Source: Blastocystis sp. Blastoise (lineage: Eukaryota > Protista > Bigyra: Opalinata). Taken from it: a stretch of DNA of 64,000 nt. The translations under genes and the position numbers were made by a program. Shown piece after piece: positions 9,930-21,900 of this stretch. The DNA is taken from positions 809,593 through 873,592 of the forward strand of contig JBBPEB010000025.1 in NCBI GenBank assembly GCA_039096225.1, read 5' to 3'. How positions within the stretch are numbered: position 1 is the stretch's first letter; each line of letters begins with the position of its first letter. The notes beneath the pieces were generated by a model. It was given only the letters and a program-made list of their open reading frames with translations. It searched no databases and had not been told where the DNA came from.

Positions 9930-12900
9930 AATGAATTAAATAGCACCAAATCTGTTATTTACAAAAATAAAAATATAAACACGTTTCTTGTTGTTGAACC
10001 AGATAATGAGTACTGTCCACCAGGTATATTTTTATTAAAATTATTCTAATGAAGTTAGGCTCTTATTATGATGGATCTTTATGTATACAATGTCATGATG
10101 GTAACTAATTACTTAAATATTATTTATTAATTTAGGTTTTTATTCGTCGGAGAGTGTTCCAATGAGCGACGAATACATATCTGACAATTGTCCAGAGTTA
10201 TGTCCAGAGTTTTATTATTGTCCAGATGGTATAGTTTATATTTGTTAATTTCTTATAATTTTAGGTACTTCATCGCTTGAATCCGCAATAGAATGTTCAA
10301 ATGAAGGCTATTACTGTCCTATAGGATCAAGTAATATCACTGCTGTATATATTTATTGTTTAAACTATAATATTTAGGTTCCAAATGGATATTATGCAAA
10401 TACAATATCAGACGGTATAAAAACGTTATACGGAGATATATCAATATGCAAAAGAGGTATATTTGTAAAGAATATAATATTTATATAAATATAGGACATT
10501 ATTGTTCATCAGGTATACTTAATAAGTGTCCAAAAGGAACATTTAGAACAATTACAGGAGGAAAAACAATAAATGATTGTGAGAAATGTGCAGCCGGCAC
10601 ATATAGTACCACTTTAGGAAGATCTACAAAATGTACGTTGAAATGTTTAGAAGGTTATTATTGTTTAGAAGGATCTATATCATCAATTGAAAATGAATGT
10701 GGTAATGCAAATGTATATTGTCCTTTAGGTTCTTCTTCTCCTATTAATGTTCCTTTAGGTTCTTATTCTATTCCTCTTGATGTTAATTCTACAATTCGTT
10801 CTAATTTTGTTATTTGTGAAGAAGGTAATTATTGTATAGAAGGTATTAAATATTCTTGTCCATCTGGTTCTTATGGTAATGAAACTGGTCTTTATAATAA
10901 TAATTGTAGTGGTAAATGTTTAGAAGGTTATTATTGTTTAGAAGGATCTATATCATCAATTGAAAATGAATGTGGTAATGCAAATGTATATTGTCCTTTA
11001 GGTTCTTCTTCTCCTATTAATGTTCCTTTAGGTTCTTATTCTATTCCTCTTGATGTTAATTCTACAATTCGTTCTAATTTTGTTATTTGTGAAGAAGGTA
11101 ATTATTGTATAGAAGGTATTAAATATTCTTGTCCATCTGGTTCTTATGGTAATGAAACTGGTCTTTATAATAATAATTGTAGTGGTAAATGTTTAGAAGG
11201 TTATTATTGTTTAGAAGGATCTATATCATCAATTGAAAATGAATGTGGTAATGCAAATGTATATTGTCCTTTAGGTTCTTCTTCTCCTATTAATGTTCCT
11301 TTAGGTTCTTATTCTATTCCTCTTGATGTTAATTCTACAATTCGTTCTAATTTTGTTATTTGTGAAGAAGGTAATTATTGTATAGAAGGTATTAAATATT
11401 CTTGTCCATCTGGTTCTTATGGTAATGAAACTGGTCTTTATAATAATAATTGTAGTGGTAAATGTTTAGAAGGTTATTATTGTTTAGAAGGATCTATATC
11501 ATCAATTGAAAATGAATGTGGTAATGCAAATGTATATTGTCCTTTAGGTTCTTCTTCTCCTATTAATGTTCCTTTAGGTTCTTATTCTATTCCTCTTGAT
11601 GTTAATTCTACAATTCGTTCTAATTTTGTTATTTGTGAAGAAGGTAATTATTGTATAGAAGGTATTAAATATTCTTGTCCATCTGGTTCTTATGGTAATG
11701 AAACTGGTCTTTATAATAATAATTGTAGTGGTAAATGTTTAGAAGGTTATTATTGTTTAGAAGGATCTATATCATCAATTGAAAATGAATGTGGTAATGC
11801 AAATGTATATTGTCCTTTAGGTTCTTCTTCTCCTATTAATGTTCCTTTAGGTTCTTATTCTATTCCTCTTGATGTTAATTCTACAATTCGTTCTAATTTT
11901 GTTATTTGTGAAGAAGGTAATTATTGTATAGAAGGTATTAAATATTCTTGTCCATCTGGTTCTTATGGTAATGAAACTGGTCTTTATAATAATAATTGTA
12001 GTGGTAAATGTTTAGAAGGTTATTATTGTTTAGAAGGATCTATATCATCAATTGAAAATGAATGTGGTAATGCAAATGTATATTGTCCTTTAGGTTCTTC
12101 TTCTCCTATTAATGTTCCTTTAGGTTCTTATTCTATTCCTCTTGATGTTAATTCTACAATTCGTTCTAATTTTGTTATTTGTGAAGAAGGTAATTATTGT
12201 ATAGAAGGTATTAAATATTCTTGTCCATCTGGTTCTTATGGTAATGAAACTGGTCTTTATAATAATAATTGTAGTGGTAAATGTTTAGAAGGTTATTATT
12301 GTTTAGAAGGATCTATATCATCAATTGAAAATGAATGTGGTAATGCAAATGTATATTGTCCTTTAGGTTCTTCTTCTCCTATTAATGTTCCTTTAGGTTC
12401 TTATTCTATTCCTCTTGATGTTAATTCTACAATTCGTTCTAATTTTGTTATTTGTGAAGAAGGTAATTATTGTATAGAAGGTATTAAATATTCTTGTCCA
12501 TCTGGTTCTTATGGTAATGAAACTGGTCTTTATAATAATAATTGTAGTGGTAAATGTTTAGAAGGTTATTATTGTTTAGAAGGATCTATATCATCAATTG
12601 AAAATGAATGTGGTAATGCAAATGTATATTGTCCTTTAGGTTCTTCTTCTCCTATTAATGTTCCTTTAGGTTCTTATTCTATTCCTCTTGATGTTAATTC
12701 TACAATTCGTTCTAATTTTGTTATTTGTGAAGAAGGTAATTATTGTATAGAAGGTATTAAATATTCTTGTCCATCTGGTTCTTATGGTAATGAAACTGGT
12801 CTTTATAATAATAATTGTAGTGGTAAATGTTTAGAAGGTTATTATTGTTTAGAAGGATCTATATCATCAATTGAAAATGAATGTGGTAATGCAAATGTAT

Positions 12901-15900
12901 ATTGTCCTTTAGGTTCTTCTTCTCCTATTAATGTTCCTTTAGGTTCTTATTCTATTCCTCTTGATGTTAATTCTACAATTCGTTCTAATTTTGTTATTTG
13001 TGAAGAAGGTAATTATTGTATAGAAGGTATTAAATATTCTTGTCCATCTGGTTCTTATGGTAATGAAACTGGTCTTTATAATAATAATTGTAGTGGTAAA
13101 TGTTTAGAAGGTTATTATTGTTTAGAAGGATCTATATCATCAATTGAAAATGAATGTGGTAATGCAAATGTATATTGTCCTTTAGGTTCTTCTTCTCCTA
13201 TTAATGTTCCTTTAGGTTCTTATTCTATTCCTCTTGATGTTAATTCTACAATTCGTTCTAATTTTGTTATTTGTGAAGAAGGTAATTATTGTATAGAAGG
13301 TATTAAATATTCTTGTCCATCTGGTTCTTATGGTAATGAAACTGGTCTTTATAATAATAATTGTAGTGGTAAATGTTTAGAAGGTTATTATTGTTTAGAA
13401 GGATCTATATCATCAATTGAAAATGAATGTGGTAATGCAAATGTATATTGTCCTTTAGGTTCTTCTTCTCCTATTAATGTTCCTTTAGGTTCTTATTCTA
13501 TTCCTCTTGATGTTAATTCTACAATTCGTTCTAATTTTGTTATTTGTGAAGAAGGTAATTATTGTATAGAAGGTATTAAATATTCTTGTCCATCTGGTTC
13601 TTATGGTAATGAAACTGGTCTTTATAATAATAATTGTAGTGGTAAATGTTTAGAAGGTTATTATTGTTTAGAAGGATCTATATCATCAATTGAAAATGAA
13701 TGTGGTAATGCAAATGTATATTGTCCTTTAGGTTCTTCTTCTCCTATTAATGTTCCTTTAGGTTCTTATTCTATTCCTCTTGATGTTAATTCTACAATTC
13801 GTTCTAATTTTGTTATTTGTGAAGAAGGTAATTATTGTATAGAAGGTATTAAATATTCTTGTCCATCTGGTTCTTATGGTAATGAAACTGGTCTTTATAA
13901 TAATAATTGTAGTGGTAAATGTTTAGAAGGTTATTATTGTTTAGAAGGATCTATATCATCAATTGAAAATGAATGTGGTAATGCAAATGTATATTGTCCT
14001 TTAGGTTCTTCTTCTCCTATTAATGTTCCTTTAGGTTCTTATTCTATTCCTCTTGATGTTAATTCTACAATTCGTTCTAATTTTGTTATTTGTGAAGAAG
14101 GTAATTATTGTATAGAAGGTATTAAATATTCTTGTCCATCTGGTTCTTATGGTAATGAAACTGGTCTTTATAATAATAATTGTAGTGGTAAATGTTTAGA
14201 AGGTTATTATTGTTTAGAAGGATCTATATCATCAATTGAAAATGAATGTGGTAATGCAAATGTATATTGTCCTTTAGGTTCTTCTTCTCCTATTAATGTT
14301 CCTTTAGGTTCTTATTCTATTCCTCTTGATGTTAATTCTACAATTCGTTCTAATTTTGTTATTTGTGAAGAAGGTAATTATTGTATAGAAGGTATTAAAT
14401 ATTCTTGTCCATCTGGTTCTTATGGTAATGAAACTGGTCTTTATAATAATAATTGTAGTGGTAAATGTTTAGAAGGTTATTATTGTTTAGAAGGATCTAT
14501 ATCATCAATTGAAAATGAATGTGGTAATGCAAATGTATATTGTCCTTTAGGTTCTTCTTCTCCTATTAATGTTCCTTTAGGTTCTTATTCTATTCCTCTT
14601 GATGTTAATTCTACAATTCGTTCTAGTTTTGTTATTTGTGAAGAAGGTAATTATTGTATAGAAGGTATTAAATATTCTTGTCCATCTGGTTCTTATGGTA
14701 ATGAAACTGGTCTTTATAATAATAATTGTAGTGGTAAATGTTTAGAAGGTTATTATTGTTTAGAAGGATCTATATCATCAATTGAAAATGAATGTGGTAA
14801 TGCAAATGTATATTGTCCTTTAGGTTCTTCTTCTCCTATTAATGTTCCTTTAGGTTCTTATTCTATTCCTCTTGATGTTAATTCTACAATTCGTTCTAAT
14901 TTTGTTATTTGTGAAGAAGGTAATTATTGTATAGAAGGTATTAAATATTCTTGTCCATCTGGTTCTTATGGTAATGAAACTGGTCTTTATAATAATAATT
15001 GTAGTGGTAAATGTTTAGAAGGTTATTATTGTTTAGAAGGATCTATATCATCAATTGAAAATGAATGTGGTAATGCAAATGTATATTGTCCTTTAGGTTC
15101 TTCTTCTCCTATTAATGTTCCTTTAGGTTCTTATTCTATTCCTCTTGATGTTAATTCTACAATTCGTTCTAATTTTGTTATTTGTGAAGAAGGTAATTAT
15201 TGTATAGAAGGTATTAAATATTCTTGTCCATCTGGTTCTTATGGTAATGAAACTGGTCTTTATAATAATAATTGTAGTGGTAAATGTTTAGAAGGTTATT
15301 ATTGTTTAGAAGGATCTATATCATCAATTGAAAATGAATGTGGTAATGCAAATGTATATTGTCCTTTAGGTTCTTCTTCTCCTATTAATGTTCCTTTAGG
15401 TTCTTATTCTATTCCTCTTGATGTTAATTCTACAATTCGTTCTAATTTTGTTATTTGTGAAGAAGGTAATTATTGTATAGAAGGTATTAAATATTCTTGT
15501 CCATCTGGTTCTTATGGTAATGAAACTGGTCTTTATAATAATAATTGTAGTGGTAAATGTTTAGAAGGTTATTATTGTTTAGAAGGATCTATATCATCAA
15601 TTGAAAATGAATGTGGTAATGCAAATGTATATTGTCCTTTAGGTTCTTCTTCTCCTATTAATGTTCCTTTAGGTTCTTATTCTATTCCTCTTGATGTTAA
15701 TTCTACAATTCGTTCTAATTTTGTTATTTGTGAAGAAGGTAATTATTGTATAGAAGGTATTAAATATTCTTGTCCATCTGGTTCTTATGGTAATGAAACT
15801 GGTCTTTATAATAATAATTGTAGTGGTAAATGTTTAGAAGGTTATTATTGTTTAGAAGGATCTATATCATCAATTGAAAATGAATGTGGTAATGCAAATG

Positions 15901-18900
15901 TATATTGTCCTTTAGGTTCTTCTTCTCCTATTAATGTTCCTTTAGGTTCTTATTCTATTCCTCTTGATGTTAATTCTACAATTCGTTCTAATTTTGTTAT
16001 TTGTGAAGAAGGTAATTATTGTATAGAAGGTATTAAATATTCTTGTCCATCTGGTTCTTATGGTAATGAAACTGGTCTTTATAATAATAATTGTAGTGGT
16101 AAATGTTTAGAAGGTTATTATTGTTTAGAAGGATCTATATCATCAATTGAAAATGAATGTGGTAATGCAAATGTATATTGTCCTTTAGGTTCTTCTTCTC
16201 CTATTAATGTTCCTTTAGGTTCTTATTCTATTCCTCTTGATGTTAATTCTACAATTCGTTCTAATTTTGTTATTTGTGAAGAAGGTAATTATTGTATAGA
16301 AGGTATTAAATATTCTTGTCCATCTGGTTCTTATGGTAATGAAACTGGTCTTTATAATAATAATTGTAGTGGTAAATGTTTAGAAGGTTATTATTGTTTA
16401 GAAGGATCTATATCATCAATTGAAAATGAATGTGGTAATGCAAATGTATATTGTCCTTTAGGTTCTTCTTCTCCTATTAATGTTCCTTTAGGTTCTTATT
16501 CTATTCCTCTTGATGTTAATTCTACAATTCGTTCTAATTTTGTTATTTGTGAAGAAGGTAATTATTGTATAGAAGGTATTAAATATTCTTGTCCATCTGG
16601 TTCTTATGGTAATGAAACTGGTCTTTATAATAATAATTGTAGTGGTAAATGTTTAGAAGGTTATTATTGTTTAGAAGGATCTATATCATCAATTGAAAAT
16701 GAATGTGGTAATGCAAATGTATATTGTCCTTTAGGTTCTTCTTCTCCTATTAATGTTCCTTTAGGTTCTTATTCTATTCCTCTTGATGTTAATTCTACAA
16801 TTCGTTCTAATTTTGTTATTTGTGAAGAAGGTAATTATTGTATAGAAGGTATTAAATATTCTTGTCCATCTGGTTCTTATGGTAATGAAACTGGTCTTTA
16901 TAATAATAATTGTAGTGGTAAATGTTTAGAAGGTTATTATTGTTTAGAAGGATCTATATCATCAATTGAAAATGAATGTGGTAATGCAAATGTATATTGT
17001 CCTTTAGGTTCTTCTTCTCCTATTAATGTTCCTTTAGGTTCTTATTCTATTCCTCTTGATGTTAATTCTACAATTCGTTCTAATTTTGTTATTTGTGAAG
17101 AAGGTAATTATTGTATAGAAGGTATTAAATATTCTTGTCCATCTGGTTCTTATGGTAATGAAACTGGTCTTTATAATAATAATTGTAGTGGTAAATGTTT
17201 AGAAGGTTATTATTGTTTAGAAGGATCTATATCATCAATTGAAAATGAATGTGGTAATGCAAATGTATATTGTCCTTTAGGTTCTTCTTCTCCTATTAAT
17301 GTTCCTTTAGGTTCTTATTCTATTCCTCTTGATGTTAATTCTACAATTCGTTCTAATTTTGTTATTTGTGAAGAAGGTAATTATTGTATAGAAGGTATTA
17401 AATATTCTTGTCCATCTGGTTCTTATGGTAATGAAACTGGTCTTTATAATAATAATTGTAGTGGTAAATGTTTAGAAGGTTATTATTGTTTAGAAGGATC
17501 TATATCATCAATTGAAAATGAATGTGGTAATGCAAATGTATATTGTCCTTTAGGTTCTTCTTCTCCTATTAATGTTCCTTTAGGTTCTTATTCTATTCCT
17601 CTTGATGTTAATTCTACAATTCGTTCTAATTTTGTTATTTGTGAAGAAGGTAATTATTGTATAGAAGGTATTAAATATTCTTGTCCATCTGGTTCTTATG
17701 GTAATGAAACTGGTCTTTATAATAATAATTGTAGTGGTAAATGTTTAGAAGGTTATTATTGTTTAGAAGGATCTATATCATCAATTGAAAATGAATGTGG
17801 TAATGCAAATGTATATTGTCCTTTAGGTTCTTCTTCTCCTATTAATGTTCCTTTAGGTTCTTATTCTATTCCTCTTGATGTTAATTCTACAATTCGTTCT
17901 AATTTTGTTATTTGTGAAGAAGGTAATTATTGTATAGAAGGTATTAAATATTCTTGTCCATCTGGTTCTTATGGTAATGAAACTGGTCTTTATAATAATA
18001 ATTGTAGTGGTAAATGTTTAGAAGGTTATTATTGTTTAGAAGGATCTATATCATCAATTGAAAATGAATGTGGTAATGCAAATGTATATTGTCCTTTAGG
18101 TTCTTCTTCTCCTATTAATGTTCCTTTAGGTTCTTATTCTATTCCTCTTGATGTTAATTCTACAATTCGTTCTAATTTTGTTATTTGTGAAGAAGGTAAT
18201 TATTGTATAGAAGGTATTAAATATTCTTGTCCATCTGGTTCTTATGGTAATGAAACTGGTCTTTATAATAATAATTGTAGTGGTAAATGTTTAGAAGGTT
18301 ATTATTGTTTAGAAGGATCTATATCATCAATTGAAAATGAATGTGGTAATGCAAATGTATATTGTCCTTTAGGTTCTTCTTCTCCTATTAATGTTCCTTT
18401 AGGTTCTTATTCTATTCCTCTTGATGTTAATTCTACAATTCGTTCTAATTTTGTTATTTGTGAAGAAGGTAATTATTGTATAGAAGGTATTAAATATTCT
18501 TGTCCATCTGGTTCTTATGGTAATGAAACTGGTCTTTATAATAATAATTGTAGTGGTAAATGTTTAGAAGGTTATTATTGTTTAGAAGGATCTATATCAT
18601 CAATTGAAAATGAATGTGGTAATGCAAATGTATATTGTCCTTTAGGTTCTTCTTCTCCTATTAATGTTCCTTTAGGTTCTTATTCTATTCCTCTTGATGT
18701 TAATTCTACAATTCGTTCTAATTTTGTTATTTGTGAAGAAGGTAATTATTGTATAGAAGGTATTAAATATTCTTGTCCATCTGGTTCTTATGGTAATGAA
18801 ACTGGTCTTTATAATAATAATTGTAGTGGTAAATGTTTAGAAGGTTATTATTGTTTAGAAGGATCTATATCATCAATTGAAAATGAATGTGGTAATGCAA

Positions 18901-21900
18901 ATGTATATTGTCCTTTAGGTTCTTCTTCTCCTATTAATGTTCCTTTAGGTTCTTATTCTATTCCTCTTGATGTTAATTCTACAATTCGTTCTAATTTTGT
19001 TATTTGTGAAGAAGGTAATTATTGTATAGAAGGTATTAAATATTCTTGTCCATCTGGTTCTTATGGTAATGAAACTGGTCTTTATAATAATAATTGTAGT
19101 GGTAAATGTTTAGAAGGTTATTATTGTTTAGAAGGATCTATATCATCAATTGAAAATGAATGTGGTAATGCAAATGTATATTGTCCTTTAGGTTCTTCTT
19201 CTCCTATTAATGTTCCTTTAGGTTCTTATTCTATTCCTCTTGATGTTAATTCTACAATTCGTTCTAATTTTGTTATTTGTGAAGAAGGTAATTATTGTAT
19301 AGAAGGTATTAAATATTCTTGTCCATCTGGTTCTTATGGTAATGAAACTGGTCTTTATAATAATAATTGTAGTGGTAAATGTTTAGAAGGTTATTATTGT
19401 TTAGAAGGATCTATATCATCAATTGAAAATGAATGTGGTAATGCAAATGTATATTGTCCTTTAGGTTCTTCTTCTCCTATTAATGTTCCTTTAGGTTCTT
19501 ATTCTATTCCTCTTGATGTTAATTCTACAATTCGTTCTAATTTTGTTATTTGTGAAGAAGGTAATTATTGTATAGAAGGTATTAAATATTCTTGTCCATC
19601 TGGTTCTTATGGTAATGAAACTGGTCTTTATAATAATAATTGTAGTGGTAAATGTTTAGAAGGTTATTATTGTTTAGAAGGATCTATATCATCAATTGAA
19701 AATGAATGTGGTAATGCAAATGTATATTGTCCTTTAGGTTCTTCTTCTCCTATTAATGTTCCTTTAGGTTCTTATTCTATTCCTCTTGATGTTAATTCTA
19801 CAATTCGTTCTAATTTTGTTATTTGTGAAGAAGGTAATTATTGTATAGAAGGTATTAAATATTCTTGTCCATCTGGTTCTTATGGTAATGAAACTGGTCT
19901 TTATAATAATAATTGTAGTGGTAAATGTTTAGAAGGTTATTATTGTTTAGAAGGATCTATATCATCAATTGAAAATGAATGTGGTAATGCAAATGTATAT
20001 TGTCCTTTAGGTTCTTCTTCTCCTATTAATGTTCCTTTAGGTTCTTATTCTATTCCTCTTGATGTTAATTCTACAATTCGTTCTAATTTTGTTATTTGTG
20101 AAGAAGGTAATTATTGTATAGAAGGTATTAAATATTCTTGTCCATCTGGTTCTTATGGTAATGAAACTGGTCTTTATAATAATAATTGTAGTGGTAAATG
20201 TTTAGAAGGTTATTATTGTTTAGAAGGATCTATATCATCAATTGAAAATGAATGTGGTAATGCAAATGTATATTGTCCTTTAGGTTCTTCTTCTCCTATT
20301 AATGTTCCTTTAGGTTCTTATTCTATTCCTCTTGATGTTAATTCTACAATTCGTTCTAATTTTGTTATTTGTGAAGAAGGTAATTATTGTATAGAAGGTA
20401 TTAAATATTCTTGTCCATCTGGTTCTTATGGTAATGAAACTGGTCTTTATAATAATAATTGTAGTGGTAAATGTTTAGAAGGTTATTATTGTTTAGAAGG
20501 ATCTATATCATCAATTGAAAATGAATGTGGTAATGCAAATGTATATTGTCCTTTAGGTTCTTCTTCTCCTATTAATGTTCCTTTAGGTTCTTATTCTATT
20601 CCTCTTGATGTTAATTCTACAATTCGTTCTAATTTTGTTATTTGTGAAGAAGGTAATTATTGTATAGAAGGTATTAAATATTCTTGTCCATCTGGTTCTT
20701 ATGGTAATGAAACTGGTCTTTATAATAATAATTGTAGTGGTAAATGTTTAGAAGGTTATTATTGTTTAGAAGGATCTATATCATCAATTGAAAATGAATG
20801 TGGTAATGCAAATGTATATTGTCCTTTAGGTTCTTCTTCTCCTATTAATGTTCCTTTAGGTTCTTATTCTATTCCTCTTGATGTTAATTCTACAATTCGT
20901 TCTAATTTTGTTATTTGTGAAGAAGGTAATTATTGTATAGAAGGTATTAAATATTCTTGTCCATCTGGTTCTTATGGTAATGAAACTGGTCTTTATAATA
21001 ATAATTGTAGTGGTAAATGTTTAGAAGGTTATTATTGTTTAGAAGGATCTATATCATCAATTGAAAATGAATGTGGTAATGCAAATGTATATTGTCCTTT
21101 AGGTTCTTCTTCTCCTATTAATGTTCCTTTAGGTTCTTATTCTATTCCTCTTGATGTTAATTCTACAATTCGTTCTAATTTTGTTATTTGTGAAGAAGGT
21201 AATTATTGTATAGAAGGTATTAAATATTCTTGTCCATCTGGTTCTTATGGTAATGAAACTGGTCTTTATAATAATAATTGTAGTGGTAAATGTTTAGAAG
21301 GTTATTATTGTTTAGAAGGATCTATATCATCAATTGAAAATGAATGTGGTAATGCAAATGTATATTGTCCTTTAGGTTCTTCTTCTCCTATTAATGTTCC
21401 TTTAGGTTCTTATTCTATTCCTCTTGATGTTAATTCTACAATTCGTTCTAATTTTGTTATTTGTGAAGAAGGTAATTATTGTATAGAAGGTATTAAATAT
21501 TCTTGTCCATCTGGTTCTTATGGTAATGAAACTGGTCTTTATAATAATAATTGTAGTGGTAAATGTTTAGAAGGTTATTATTGTTTAGAAGGATCTATAT
21601 CATCAATTGAAAATGAATGTGGTAATGCAAATGTATATTGTCCTTTAGGTTCTTCTTCTCCTATTAATGTTCCTTTAGGTTCTTATTCTATTCCTCTTGA
21701 TGTTAATTCTACAATTCGTTCTAATTTTGTTATTTGTGAAGAAGGTAATTATTGTATAGAAGGTATTAAATATTCTTGTCCATCTGGTTCTTATGGTAAT
21801 GAAACTGGTCTTTATAATAATAATTGTAGTGGTAAATGTTTAGAAGGTTATTATTGTTTAGAAGGATCTATATCATCAATTGAAAATGAATGTGGTAATG

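Noticed and set aside
10446-10494. ORF-track start MQKRYICKEYNIYINI
   Set aside because: It is an out-of-frame ATG in exon 5 reading through intron 5; the spliced model with a signal peptide from 9870 fits better.
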